NCBI GenBank assembly: GCA_965224465.1
Contig: OZ245049.1
Span: forward strand, 2,820,001 to 2,852,000
Reading direction: 5' to 3'
DNA: 32,000 nt
Source of the DNA: Flavobacteriaceae bacterium
GTDB lineage: Bacteria > Bacteroidota > Bacteroidia > Flavobacteriales > Flavobacteriaceae
The position numbers and the translations under genes are program-made. The notes below the pieces were generated by a model. That model saw only the letters and a program-made list of their open reading frames with translations, did no database searches and was not told where the DNA came from. Position 1 is the stretch's first letter, and every line of letters begins with the position of its first letter. Positions 8,381-18,225 of the stretch are shown piece by piece.

Positions 8381-10300
8381 ATGAAAACTATAATTTTAGG
8401 ATTCGCAATTTCAATGCTCTTGTTTTCTTGTAAAGAAGAAGCGAAGAAGCCTCAAAGAGAGGTTCAGCAATACACGATTGAACAATTTATGAATAATGAA
8501 GCTATTGGTGGCGGAAGCTTTTCGCCAGACAACAGTAATTTATTAATTTCTAGCAACCGCTCTGGCATTTACAATGTGTACACAATCCCTGTAAAAGGAG
8601 GGGAAATGACAGCGATTACAACATCTGATAGCACTTCGTTTTTTGCAAAGTCATACTTTCCTAACGACCATAGAATGTTACTCAGTGCCGATGGGAATGG
8701 CGATGAAATCAGTCACCTTTTTGTAAGAGAAACAGATGGAACAATTAAAGACATCACTCCATATAAAGGTGCAAAAGCAGGTTTCTACGGTTGGTCAAAG
8801 GATAAAAAACACCTGTATTATGGTTCCAACAAAAGAGATTCACGATATTTTGATATTTATAAATTATCGATTGATGACTATACTGCTAAAATGATCTACC
8901 AAAACAATGAAGGCTTAACCTACCATGAAATTTCGAATGACGAGAATTTTTTCGCATTGTCAAAAAAGATAACGACCAATGACAAGGATTTATTTCTTTA
9001 CAATGTAAAAACGAAAGAAATGACAAAGATCAATGCGAATCTCAGTTCAAATGCTGCACAAGCTTTTTCTGAAGACAATTCAACATTTTATTACACAACA
9101 GATGATGGCAATGAGTTTTCTTATTTAATGTCCTATGATTTGAATTCGAAAGAAAAGAAAAAGATTATTGAAAAATCTTGGGATATTCTGGGGATGAGTT
9201 TCACTTCTAAAGGAAAATACATGACTATTTTTATCAACGAAGACGGTAGAAATGTAATTGAAGTATTGGACACCAAAAAAACAACACCCATTAAACTTCC
9301 AGACTTTAAAGACAAAAGTATCACCAGTGTAAGCTTTAGTCAAGACGAAAAATGGATTCGAATGTATGTTGGCGGATCTAACACGCCATCAGACTTATAC
9401 TCGTACAATTTAGAGAACAAGAAATACTATAAATTAACAAATGTACTAAATGATGAAATTGATATTTCTGATTTAGTTACTGCAAAAGTAATCCGATTTA
9501 AATCCTTTGATGGCACCGAGATTCCAGCAATTTATTATGTACCTCATCAAGCTTCAAAAGCCACTAAAGTACCGGCAATGGTATGGGTACATGGAGGACC
9601 TGGAGGGCAAAGTCGTCAAGGATTTAGTTCCCTCATACAATACATAGTAAATCATGGTTATGCCGTTTTAGCAGTAAACAATAGAGGAAGTAGTGGATAC
9701 GGAAAAACCTTTTATAAAATGGACGACAAGAACCACGGTGAAAAAGATTTACAAGACTGTGTAGAAGGTAAAAACTGGCTAGCAAAGCAAGTTGAGATAG
9801 ACGGTGAAAAAATAGGGATTATGGGAGGATCGTATGGTGGTTACATGACTATGGCAGCATTGACCTATACTCCAGAGGAATTTGACCTAGGAATTAACTT
9901 ATACGGCGTAACTAACTGGATTCGTACTTTAAAAAACATACCTCCTTACTGGGAGTCGTTCAGAGCATCGCTATACTTAGAATTGGGAGATCCCTATTCG
10001 GCAGATTCTATTCGTTTAAAAAGAATTTCACCCTTATTTCACACAGATAAAGTGACCAAACCACTGCTTGTTTTACAGGGCGCAAAAGACCCGAGAGTTT
10101 TACAAGTAGAGTCAGACGAAATTGTTGCAAACGTAAGAAAAAACAACATCCCTGTGGAATATGTTTTGTTTGAGGATGAAGGTCATGGATTTGTAAAAAA
10201 AGAAAATCAGATGGAAGCATATCGTAGAATACTTAAATTCTTAGACACATATCTTAAAAAAGAAAACACCCGTATCAGTTCAGGAAATCACGATGGCTAA
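8381..10300 (+). CDS. S9 family (prolyl oligopeptidase / dipeptidyl peptidase-like) serine peptidase, lipoprotein
   Basis: The ATG at 8381 gives MKTIILGFAISMLLFSC, a signal peptide with lipobox. The track start at 8330 adds 17 non-signal residues. The N-terminal part looks like a beta-propeller. The C-terminal alpha/beta hydrolase part has the nucleophile elbow GGSYGGYM, then QGAKDPRV (Asp) and EDEGHGF (His). Confidence 0.9.
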   Translation: MKTIILGFAISMLLFSCKEEAKKPQREVQQYTIEQFMNNEAIGGGSFSPDNSNLLISSNRSGIYNVYTIPVKGGEMTAITTSDSTSFFAKSYFPNDHRMLLSADGNGDEISHLFVRETDGTIKDITPYKGAKAGFYGWSKDKKHLYYGSNKRDSRYFDIYKLSIDDYTAKMIYQNNEGLTYHEISNDENFFALSKKITTNDKDLFLYNVKTKEMTKINANLSSNAAQAFSEDNSTFYYTTDDGNEFSYLMSYDLNSKEKKKIIEKSWDILGMSFTSKGKYMTIFINEDGRNVIEVLDTKKTTPIKLPDFKDKSITSVSFSQDEKWIRMYVGGSNTPSDLYSYNLENKKYYKLTNVLNDEIDISDLVTAKVIRFKSFDGTEIPAIYYVPHQASKATKVPAMVWVHGGPGGQSRQGFSSLIQYIVNHGYAVLAVNNRGSSGYGKTFYKMDDKNHGEKDLQDCVEGKNWLAKQVEIDGEKIGIMGGSYGGYMTMAALTYTPEEFDLGINLYGVTNWIRTLKNIPPYWESFRASLYLELGDPYSADSIRLKRISPLFHTDKVTKPLLVLQGAKDPRVLQVESDEIVANVRKNNIPVEYVLFEDEGHGFVKKENQMEAYRRILKFLDTYLKKENTRISSGNHDG

Positions 10301-10332
10301 AACACCATCGATCTTGGAGCCGTCACAACATA

Positions 10333-10370
10333 TAATACCAAATACATTTCCAAGTGACGGTTTAGAAATG
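10333..10370 (-). repeat. Solo right-terminus copy of the MITE-like family
   Basis: taataccaaatacatttccaagtgacggtttagaaatg is the reverse complement of the ...catttctaaaccgtcatttggaaatgtatttggtatta end. It lies 33 nt after the peptidase stop. Confidence 0.5.
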
Positions 10371-10410
10371 TAATTTGTATAATACAATTATACCGAGGTA
10401 TTTCTAAGTA

Positions 10411-10449
10411 AAAACGCCCAACTTCTGTTTAGAAATTGGGCGTTTTTTA
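10411..10449. terminator. Bidirectional intrinsic terminator between the convergent peptidase and sucB genes
   Basis: The stem aacgcccaa (10413-10421) pairs with ttgggcgtt (10436-10444). An A-run precedes it and a T-run follows it. Confidence 0.7.
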
Positions 10450-10530
10450 TATATTATTTTCCAATACCTATATTTTGAAGCATCCAAGGCTTCACTGTAC
10501 AGGTTTTGATGAACTAATTAAAGAATGGAA

Positions 10531-11733
10531 CTACATTTCTAGCGCTTTACTAGGATTGTTATCCATCAATAATGCTACAGGATTTTCCAATGCATCTTTA
10601 ACTGCCACTAAGAATCCAACAGATTCTCTACCATCAACAATACGATGATCGTAAGACAGAGCAACATACATTATAGGCTGTATCACAACTTCGCCATTTA
10701 CTGCCATAGGGCGTTGTACAATATTATGCATCCCTAAAATCCCACTCTGAGGTGGATTTAAAATAGGAGTAGAAAGCATCGATCCAAAAACACCACCATT
10801 GGTGATAGTAAAGGTACCTCCCGTCATTTCATTTATTGTAATTTGTCCATCTCTAGCGCGTAAAGCAAGTCTTTTTACTTCACTTTCTACGCCTCTAAAG
10901 CTCAATACTTCGGCATTTCTAATCACTGGAACCATCAATCCTTTAGGCCCCGAAACTGCGATTGAAATATCTTGAAAATCGTGAGATATCTGATAGTCTC
11001 CATCTAGCATAGAATTTACGTCTGGATACATTTTAAGCGCCCTAACTACGGCTAAAGTAAAGAAACTCATAAATCCAAGTCCCACACCGTGTTTGGCTTT
11101 AAAATCCTCTTTAAACTGGCTACGTAAATCAAAAATAGGCTGCATGTTCACCTCGTTAAAGGTTGTTAACATGGCGGTTTCATTTTTAACAGTAACCAAT
11201 CGTTGTGCCACCTTACGGCGCAGCATCGACATTTTCTTGCGTTCTGTACCACGAGCACCTCCCGTTGGAGTTCCCATACTTGGCACAGCCTTTACAGCAT
11301 CGTCTTTGGTAATACGACCGTCACGGCCAGAACCTTTGACAGTAGAACTAGCAATCCCTTTCTCTTCCAATATTTTTTTAGCAGCGGGTGAAGTAGTTCC
11401 ACTAGCATACGTATCTTTTTTCGGAGCAGCAGCCACTACTGGAGCTGTTGTGTTGGTTTCGGTAGCTACAGGAGCTTCTGAACCTTCTGGTCTTTTACCT
11501 TCTAAATCAATCAAGCAAACCACAGACCCTACGGCTACAGCATCACCTTCTTCAGCTTTTAAAGTAATAATTCCACTTTCTTCCGCTGGCAATTCTAAGG
11601 TTGCCTTATCAGAATCTACTTCTGCAATTGGTTGATCTTTTTCTACATAATCACCATCTTCAACTAACCAAGCTGCTATTTCTACTTCTGTAATTGATTC
11701 TCCTGGTGAAGGAACTTTCATTTCTAAAATCAT
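10531..11733 (-). CDS. sucB: 2-oxoglutarate dehydrogenase E2, dihydrolipoyllysine-residue succinyltransferase
   Basis: 400 aa. The N-terminal lipoyl domain has [13 protein letters not shown], followed by an Ala/Pro-rich linker and a peripheral-subunit-binding domain ([13 protein letters not shown]). The catalytic domain carries SYDHRIVDG. It sits directly downstream of sucA. Confidence 0.95.
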   Translation of the reverse strand: MILEMKVPSPGESITEVEIAAWLVEDGDYVEKDQPIAEVDSDKATLELPAEESGIITLKAEEGDAVAVGSVVCLIDLEGKRPEGSEAPVATETNTTAPVVAAAPKKDTYASGTTSPAAKKILEEKGIASSTVKGSGRDGRITKDDAVKAVPSMGTPTGGARGTERKKMSMLRRKVAQRLVTVKNETAMLTTFNEVNMQPIFDLRSQFKEDFKAKHGVGLGFMSFFTLAVVRALKMYPDVNSMLDGDYQISHDFQDISIAVSGPKGLMVPVIRNAEVLSFRGVESEVKRLALRARDGQITINEMTGGTFTITNGGVFGSMLSTPILNPPQSGILGMHNIVQRPMAVNGEVVIQPIMYVALSYDHRIVDGRESVGFLVAVKDALENPVALLMDNNPSKALEM

Positions 11734-11774
11734 CTTTTATAATTTTAATGTACTGTATCAATATGATTGATAAG

Positions 11775-14522
11775 TTAGTTGATGTTTGTTTTTTCTATTG
11801 TAAATACACTGTCTATCACACGTTGGTGACGTCGTTTAAATCTGGTTGATGATCCTGCTGCAGGCACCGCATAATACGGCTGAGAGGCTACTTGTAAACG
11901 CACCAAGTCAAAACGTTGTAATAGGTGACTCCAAGCCCCCATGTTTTTAGGTTCTTCTTGTGCCCATACGTAATCTTCTACGTTTGGATAACGATCTATA
12001 ACAGCTTGTAGTTTTTCTAAATGCAACGGAAACAATTGTTCTATTCGCACCAATGCCACATCTTTTCGTTCTAATTTTGTACGTTCTGCGAGTAAATCAT
12101 AATAAAATTTACCTGTACAAAAAACCAATTTTTTAACCGCTGTTGTATCTATCGTATCATCTATTACTTCTTGGAAAGATCCCGTAGCAAATTCCTCAAT
12201 ACTAGACACAGCCAATGGATGACGCAGTAAACTCTTTGGAGTAAACACAATCAATGGTTTACGGAAATTTCGTTTCATTTGTCTTCGTAACAAATGGTAG
12301 AAATTTGCAGGCGTGGTACAATCCGCTACGGTCATATTATCAATAGCGCAGAGTTGTAAAAAGCGTTCCATACGTGCAGATGAATGCTCAGAACCTTGCC
12401 CTTCGTATCCATGAGGAAGCAATACAACCAATCCATTTTGTAATTTCCATTTGTCCTCAGCAGCTGAAAGATATTGGTCAAAAATTATTTGTCCACCATT
12501 AGAAAAATCCCCAAACTGTGCTTCCCAAATAGTCAAGGCATTTGGATGCGCCATGGCGTATCCATAGTCAAAACCAAGAACTCCATATTCTGACAACAGA
12601 GAATTATAGATACTCATTTTTCCTTTTCTATTCTCAATGGTATTTAGCAGGTTGATACGTTCTTCGGAAATTTCGTCACGTAAGATCGCATGTCGGTGAG
12701 AAAAGGTTCCACGTTCTACGTCTTGACCCGAAATCCGAATATCAAAACCTTCTTGTAATAAACTCCCGTATGCAAGGGTTTCTCCAACACCCCAATCAAT
12801 TTTATTAGTCTCAAAAACCATTTTTTCACGATCCCGTAAAATACGTTCTGCTTTGCGGACAAATTTTACATTTTCGGGTACGGTAGAGACCGTTTTCGCG
12901 ATACATTTCAGGGCTTTTTCTGAATACGTAGTATCAACACTTTTAAGCAATCCTGGAAGTCTTTGTCTTGGCAGATCTTTCCAAGTGGCTTTCATAAACT
13001 CACGTAATTTAGACGTGGTTTCCAATTTTGAAGCTTGGTATTCCTCTTCTAAAAAAGCTTTGAATTCAGCCGCTTCCTTGTCTACATAAGCTTTATCAAC
13101 AACACCTTGAGAAATTAGTTTTGCTGCATAAATATCACGTGCGTTGCTGTGTTTAGCAATTGCTTTATACAAACGTGGTTGTGTAAAACGTGGCTCATCT
13201 CCTTCGTTATGACCATATTTACGATAGCCTAATAGATCGATAAAAATATCCCGTTTAAATGTCATTCTATAAGCCAATGCCATTTCTATAGCGTGCACCA
13301 CTGCTTCTGCATCATCTGCATTTACGTGGAGTACAGGAGACAGAGTAACTTTAGCAACATCGGTACAATAAGTACTAGAACGTGCGTCCAAATAATTGGT
13401 TGTAAATCCTATTTGATTGTTCACCACCAAATGTACGGTCCCCCCTGTTGTATATCCGTTAAGGTTACTCATTTGGGTGAGTTCATAAACCAATCCTTGA
13501 CCGGCAATGGCAGCATCCCCATGAATAATTAGGGGTAATAATTTAGAGTTATCGTTGTTGTATTCTTTTTCGATTTTAGCGCGTGATATTCCTTCTACAA
13601 TAGGACCTACAGTCTCTAAATGTGAAGGATTTGGCACTAAATTCATTTTAATCTCTTTGTTGTTTTTAAGCGTTTTATTGATGGTTAAACCTAAGTGATA
13701 TTTTACATCTCCATCAATGTTTTGATCCTCAAAATCTTTTCCTTCAAACTCGCTAAACAAATCTCGAACAGGTTTTCTAAAAATGTTTATCAATGTGTTT
13801 AAGCGCCCTCTATGTGCCATACCTAAAACAAATTCATCCACATCGTATTTTTCTGCTGCGGTTCTAATGATAGAGCCCAGTGCAGGAATCAATGTTTCAC
13901 CACCTTCTAAAGAAAAACGTTTTTGTCCAACGTATTTGGTTTGTAAAAAATTCTCAAACACAACGGCTTGGTTAAGCTTTGTTAGAATGTATTTTTTAGA
14001 ATCTGCAGTATATTCTGGATGATTGGAATTTTTATTTAACTGAGACTGAAACCATTTAATCTCCTTAGGATTACGAATATACATATATTCCACCCCGATA
14101 GAGTCACAATAAATAGTTTCTAGATGCTCTATTATTTTCCTTAAAGTATCCTTACCAGTTCCAATAATGTTTCCCGCATCAAAAACAGTATCTAAATCGT
14201 TTTCGGAAAGTCCAAAATTTTGCAAATCTAAGCTCGGTGTGTATTCACGACGCGAACGAACGGGATTAGTTTTTGTAAATAAATGCCCTCGTGTCCTATA
14301 TCCGTTAATTAAATCTACAACACGAAATTCCTTTAAAACATGTTGAGGAACATCGCTATTTTGCGTGTCATCTTCAATCGAATAGTTTTCGTTGGCTAAA
14401 TCATAGCCTTGAAAAAAGCTTCTCCAACTTGGTTCAATAGCATCAGGATTTGTCAAATACTGATCGTATAAATCAGCAATATAGCCAGTTGAGGCTGCAT
14501 TTAAAAATGAATATTTATCCAT
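11775..14522 (-). CDS. sucA: 2-oxoglutarate dehydrogenase E1 component
   Basis: 915 aa with an N-terminus typical of OGDH E1 (FLNAASTGYIADLYDQYLTNPDAIEPSWRSFF). It has ThDP-binding regions (HGDAAIAGQGLVYE, NNQIGFTT) and an operon partner in sucB. Confidence 0.95.
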   Translation of the reverse strand: MDKYSFLNAASTGYIADLYDQYLTNPDAIEPSWRSFFQGYDLANENYSIEDDTQNSDVPQHVLKEFRVVDLINGYRTRGHLFTKTNPVRSRREYTPSLDLQNFGLSENDLDTVFDAGNIIGTGKDTLRKIIEHLETIYCDSIGVEYMYIRNPKEIKWFQSQLNKNSNHPEYTADSKKYILTKLNQAVVFENFLQTKYVGQKRFSLEGGETLIPALGSIIRTAAEKYDVDEFVLGMAHRGRLNTLINIFRKPVRDLFSEFEGKDFEDQNIDGDVKYHLGLTINKTLKNNKEIKMNLVPNPSHLETVGPIVEGISRAKIEKEYNNDNSKLLPLIIHGDAAIAGQGLVYELTQMSNLNGYTTGGTVHLVVNNQIGFTTNYLDARSSTYCTDVAKVTLSPVLHVNADDAEAVVHAIEMALAYRMTFKRDIFIDLLGYRKYGHNEGDEPRFTQPRLYKAIAKHSNARDIYAAKLISQGVVDKAYVDKEAAEFKAFLEEEYQASKLETTSKLREFMKATWKDLPRQRLPGLLKSVDTTYSEKALKCIAKTVSTVPENVKFVRKAERILRDREKMVFETNKIDWGVGETLAYGSLLQEGFDIRISGQDVERGTFSHRHAILRDEISEERINLLNTIENRKGKMSIYNSLLSEYGVLGFDYGYAMAHPNALTIWEAQFGDFSNGGQIIFDQYLSAAEDKWKLQNGLVVLLPHGYEGQGSEHSSARMERFLQLCAIDNMTVADCTTPANFYHLLRRQMKRNFRKPLIVFTPKSLLRHPLAVSSIEEFATGSFQEVIDDTIDTTAVKKLVFCTGKFYYDLLAERTKLERKDVALVRIEQLFPLHLEKLQAVIDRYPNVEDYVWAQEEPKNMGAWSHLLQRFDLVRLQVASQPYYAVPAAGSSTRFKRRHQRVIDSVFTIEKTNIN

Positions 14523-14796
14523 ATATCAGGTAGTAATCAGCAATTTAAATTAGCTAGGGTCAAAAATACAAATTTTAAGGGAATGACCATTTTAATAATT
14601 GATTTGTTTTGATTTTATTAAAATCACACGTTTCTAGAAACACAAAAAAACAGGATATCAGCGCATTAAACCAATTACAACATCCTCTTCTCTATCACTA
14701 CCTTCAACCTAATCTTCCCAAACTAAAAAAAACAGCTCTTAAAAACGTGATATAAAACCACTTGAGAAATAAAATGAAAAAATCTTTACAAAACAC

Positions 14797-14826
14797 TTGC
14801 AAAACGTAGAAAACGGTGTATATTTG
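14797..14826 (+). promoter_or_regulatory. Bacteroidota sigma-A type promoter for tRNA-Asn copy 1
   Basis: TTG at 14797-14799, a 19-nt spacer, then TATATTTG at 14819-14826. This fits the -33 TTG / -7 TAnnTTTG consensus and lies about 20 nt upstream of the tRNA. Confidence 0.6.
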
Positions 14827-14846
14827 CACTCGCAAAACGGATATAT

Positions 14847-14920
14847 TCCTCCTTAGCTCAGTTGGTTAGAGCATCTGACTGTTAATCAGAGGGTCCTTGG
14901 TTCGAGCCCAAGAGGAGGAG
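14847..14920 (+). tRNA. tRNA-Asn (anticodon GTT)
   Basis: 74-nt cloverleaf. Acceptor tcctcct pairs with aggagga, with discriminator g. The anticodon loop is ctGTTaa and the T-arm is cttgg-ttcgagc-ccaag. CCA is not encoded. Confidence 0.95.
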
Positions 14921-14930
14921 CAACGTTTCT

Positions 14931-14962
14931 AAAGCCTTTACAGCAATGTAAAGGCTTTTTTT
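14931..14962 (+). terminator. Intrinsic terminator after tRNA-Asn copy 1
   Basis: aaagcctttaca-gcaa-tgtaaaggcttt hairpin followed by a T-run. Confidence 0.75.
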
Positions 14963-15037
14963 ATGCCCTTATATTTCCTGTTTCTTGTTGATTTAGAAAC
15001 GTCTACGTTTTTCTTGTAAAATTTATTGAAAAAACAC

Positions 15038-15067
15038 TTGCACCCCCTATAAAACAGTGTATATTTG
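15038..15067 (+). promoter_or_regulatory. Bacteroidota sigma-A type promoter for tRNA-Asn copy 2
   Basis: TTG at 15038-15040, a 19-nt spacer, then TATATTTG at 15060-15067. The geometry is the same as in copy 1. Confidence 0.6.
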
Positions 15068-15089
15068 CACTCGTATTATCACAATACAG

Positions 15090-15163
15090 TCCTCCTTAGC
15101 TCAGTTGGTTAGAGCATCTGACTGTTAATCAGAGGGTCCTTGGTTCGAGCCCAAGAGGAGGAG
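15090..15163 (+). tRNA. tRNA-Asn (anticodon GTT), second copy
   Basis: Identical 74-nt sequence, 243 bp downstream of copy 1. Confidence 0.95.
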
Positions 15164-15172
15164 CAAGATTAT

Positions 15173-15204
15173 AAAAGCCTTTACAGCAATGTAAAGGTTT
15201 TTTT
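15173..15204 (+). terminator. Intrinsic terminator after tRNA-Asn copy 2
   Basis: aaagcctttac-agcaat-gtaaaggttt hairpin followed by a T-run. Confidence 0.7.
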
Positions 15205-15366
15205 ATGCTTTATTTTATTTTTTTGTAATTTTGAATCATTACAACTACAAACCAATAAAAACTACATATCTATCTATACGATCTTTCTTCCGTGTCATCA
15301 TAGAATGTTCGAAAAAACGACCTCAACGTAAGGGATCAGAAGAATAAACAACAGCTAAATTAAACT

Positions 15367-15389
15367 CCCAAGTGACAGTTTAGAAATGG
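15367..15389 (-). repeat. Short degenerate solo fragment of the MITE-like right terminus
   Basis: cccaagtgacagtttagaaatgg matches ccaagtgacggtttagaaatg at 10351-10370. Confidence 0.35.
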
Positions 15390-15574
15390 AATTATACACC
15401 TTCGAAAAGCACTGCTTTCAAATATCATCTTTAAAAGCAGGCTGATTGAAATAGGAATTCCTATATTGAAACCATGTACACCCTATTCAATAACTACAGA
15501 TAGCATTTCATCATTTATAAAAAATAAATACCAAAACAAGTAAAATAACCCCCTACTAACTATAAAATTACACC

Positions 15575-16198
15575 ATGAGTTTTTATACGATCCCACAAGC
15601 CTTAAAAAGTGTTTTAGATAACGAGTCTATCGATTTTAGTATCAAGAGCAAACGAAATCACCCCAAAAATAGCGCCATGGCAATGCTGGCATTTTCCCTG
15701 TTTTGGAATGCTTTTGTAAGTATTTTTATCGTTGCTTTTATTGTTCCATTATTTACAGAAGGAGAGGTTCATTTTTTGACAAACGACGTTCCAACAGTTG
15801 CAACTCTTGAGAACTGGAAACCCATGCTCGTTCCATGTTTAATTATAGGAGTTTTTGTACTTGTAGGACTTCTTATGCTTGGCTATGGATTGGTAATGAT
15901 GTTTCAGAGTGGCGCCTATTTCGTAGGAACTCCAACCCGTTTTATTAAATACAGAAAAGGCACTGTAACTGTCACAGATTGGGAGCAATTTTCTGGAAAC
16001 ATTAAACTGACCAATAAAAACTTAGAAGGCAGTTTATCTCTAGAACTACGTACAGGAAAAATAAGAAGCAGAGACAAGGGTGCAGATAGGTTTGTTCCTG
16101 ATATTATACATATAGCTAGCGTTGAAAATGTATTTAAAATTGAAAAATTATGCAGAAAACGAATAAAAGAAAACGATCCGACACCTGCAAAGGTCTAA
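15575..16198 (+). CDS. Hypothetical membrane protein with two TM segments
   Basis: 207-aa ORF with two clear hydrophobic helices (AMAMLAFSLFWNAFVSIFIVAFIVPLF and LVPCLIIGVFVLVGLLMLGYGLVMMF). I recognise no family. Confidence 0.7.
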   Translation: MSFYTIPQALKSVLDNESIDFSIKSKRNHPKNSAMAMLAFSLFWNAFVSIFIVAFIVPLFTEGEVHFLTNDVPTVATLENWKPMLVPCLIIGVFVLVGLLMLGYGLVMMFQSGAYFVGTPTRFIKYRKGTVTVTDWEQFSGNIKLTNKNLEGSLSLELRTGKIRSRDKGADRFVPDIIHIASVENVFKIEKLCRKRIKENDPTPAKV

Positions 16199-16249
16199 CT
16201 TCTAATACATCCCATGGAACAAACAGCTATTCCGGAAAAAACAACTAGA

Positions 16250-16329
16250 AATAACCGATATAAATAGAACAAAAAACGATTGTACTCAACGTATAACAAA
16301 TACATATCCAAGTGACGGTTTAGAAACGG
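16250..16329 (-). repeat. Rearranged or degenerate MITE-like copy
   Basis: aaataaccgatataaatag resembles the left-arm sequence. It is followed by ataacaaatacatatccaagtgacggtttagaaacgg, the right terminus in reverse orientation. Confidence 0.4.
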
Positions 16330-16492
16330 AATATTTTTTATTTTTGCGAGGCGAAAAACAAACTACTTATATCAGTCATTTTGGATTTTAGTTGGTGTTT
16401 TTTAAGCAATATACGAAACAACTCCCTTTAGGTGAATCATTACTGTATAAATGGCACTCTTAATTTTTAAGCCTCAGAATATTAAATTGTAA

Positions 16493-17815
16493 ATGAAAAA
16501 TATAAATAAGTTTTCTATTGTAAACCCCACCAATGTACCCTTTTATTACGGGTATATCATTGCTTTTATTGGAACCGTGGGGGTCTGGGCTAGTTTTCCG
16601 GGACAAACTATTGGAGTGTCGGTATTTACAGACCCCGTAAAAGACGCTTTAGGGCTGAGCAGAAATCAATTTAGCAACGCTTATTTAATCGGTACTTTCA
16701 CAAGCGCTTTACTGATTGGGAAATCTGGTAAGCTACTGGATATTTTAGGCAATCGTATTATTGCTTTTTCATCTTGTATTCTATTGGGGATTGGATTGTT
16801 ACTCGCATCTATTTCAGTAGAAATTTCACAAGCTTTAGGCGTGTTCTTAAATTCAAATTCATGGATCATACCTTTTTCCGTTATTTCATGTATGTTTTTC
16901 CTGATACGTTTTAGTGGACAAGGTTTACTTACCATGGCATCTCGCAATATGATTATGATATGGTTTGATAAAAACAGAGGGAAAATCAACTCGTTTACAA
17001 GTATTTCTGTGACTTTAGGTTTTTCATTATCGCCTTTATTAATCAATGTTTTAATTGACAATGGCGGATGGGAACAGGCATGGAGACTACTTGCAGTAGG
17101 CATTTTTATATTTAGTATTTTTGTCTGGCAATTTTACAGGAACAAACCAGAGGATCACGGCATGAGACCCGACGGGCTTCCTGTATCTAAAGCAACTATT
17201 TTAAAAATTGACAGCGACAATCAAAAGGCGTATACCGTTGCTCAAGCAACTAAAACACGAAATTTTTGGATGTATGCGCTCATATTAGCATTTAATGCTT
17301 TTATTGTTACAGGTTTGTCTTTTCATATTGTATCTGTTTTTGCAACTATTGGCATAGAAAAAACTGCAGCAGTTGCCGTATTCCTTCCTATTTCTATCGT
17401 TTCCGTAATCGTTTCTATACTGTTCAATGTTCTAAGTGATTATATAAAATTACAATGGCAATTGTACGGGATGATTTTTGCCGGAATACTTGCTTCTACA
17501 GGACTATTTTACCTGTCAGACCCTTTTGGGAAATACCTGTTAATTGTTGGAATAGGAGCTCTAACAGGCTTTTTTGCAGTTCTAAACGCAGTAGTATGGC
17601 CCCGGTTTTATGGCCGTAAACACTTGGGAGCAATTACAGGAAAAGTAATGAGTTTTATTATCGTATCAAGCGCCATAGCTCCCAGTCTTTTCAGTTTTTT
17701 CTATAGCTATTTTGGATCCTATAAGAATATCGGATTGCTGTGCTTGTTGTTTTTGTTCTTTTTATTGATAGGCTCTAGAAAAGCTATTGATTTAAGGACT
17801 TCACCGAATCCTTAA
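16493..17815 (+). CDS. MFS transporter
   Basis: 440-aa ORF with about 12 hydrophobic helices arranged 6+6 around a central hydrophilic loop (RNKPEDHGMRPDGLPVSKAT...). Confidence 0.85.
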   Translation: MKNINKFSIVNPTNVPFYYGYIIAFIGTVGVWASFPGQTIGVSVFTDPVKDALGLSRNQFSNAYLIGTFTSALLIGKSGKLLDILGNRIIAFSSCILLGIGLLLASISVEISQALGVFLNSNSWIIPFSVISCMFFLIRFSGQGLLTMASRNMIMIWFDKNRGKINSFTSISVTLGFSLSPLLINVLIDNGGWEQAWRLLAVGIFIFSIFVWQFYRNKPEDHGMRPDGLPVSKATILKIDSDNQKAYTVAQATKTRNFWMYALILAFNAFIVTGLSFHIVSVFATIGIEKTAAVAVFLPISIVSVIVSILFNVLSDYIKLQWQLYGMIFAGILASTGLFYLSDPFGKYLLIVGIGALTGFFAVLNAVVWPRFYGRKHLGAITGKVMSFIIVSSAIAPSLFSFFYSYFGSYKNIGLLCLLFLFFLLIGSRKAIDLRTSPNP

Positions 17816-18096
17816 ATCATTGTTCTGAAACCACGTAATTATGGTTTTATCAAAGTGATAAATAAAAGGCTATTCTAGAACGATAAAGAACATACAAAAA
17901 CCAACATTTTATTCGTTATTCGAAAATTCGCCTGGTTTTTGACCAACAATCGCATCGAATCATGTCAATCATCTAACCAATCAACTTATACATCTTCTTA
18001 ATATTGAAATTATTTTAAAAAAACAACGAATTAAGCTAGGTTGACTTTCACGCCTTCTCACCTTAAATCGATACAACTTGAGGGCTTTGATTCTTA

Positions 18097-18225
18097 TACC
18101 AACAACAATCCAAAATAACCTATATAAATAGAGTCTTTTACGCTCTAGCGATGTTAAAAAACAGAACGACAACAAAGACTATCCTTCCATTTCTAAACCC
18201 TTACTTGGAAATGTATTTGTATTAT
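18097..18225 (+). repeat. MITE-like repeat copy, short form of about 129 bp
   Basis: ataccaacaacaatccaaaataacctatataaatag..acgctctagcgatgttaaaaaacagaacg..gactatccttccatttctaaacccttacttggaaatgtatttgtatta. Its right terminus contains the stop codon of the gene at 18222-19673. Confidence 0.6.

Noticed and set aside
8109-10370. S9 peptidase gene flanked by inverted copies of the repeat terminus, considered as a possible composite mobile unit
   Set aside because: The termini face the gene rather than pointing away from it. One side is only a 38-bp solo end. No duplication flanks the pair, and the gene is ordinary housekeeping-type.
11093-11635. 180-aa ORF antisense to sucB, plus similar antisense or shadow ORFs. 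These are 11203-11391, 12853-13089, 13293-13532, 13783-14022, 9125-9343, 9133-9324, 10008-10220 and 10436-10648.
   Set aside because: All lie inside or opposite confidently identified genes (sucB, sucA, the S9 peptidase). Their composition is low-complexity and they have no recognisable motifs. They are typical shadow ORFs.
16681-17103. 140-aa ORF antisense to the MFS transporter. The same applies to 18322-18648 and 18788-18976 (in or antisense to the TonB-C-like gene), 25843-26052 and 26442-26873 (over the toxin), 22024-22218 and 29333-29527 (antisense to IS30 tnp), 7220-7402 (antisense to IS1595 tnp), 732-938, and 4150-4371 and 4333-4521.
   Set aside because: They are embedded in longer ORFs that have clear protein features, and there is no independent support for any of them.
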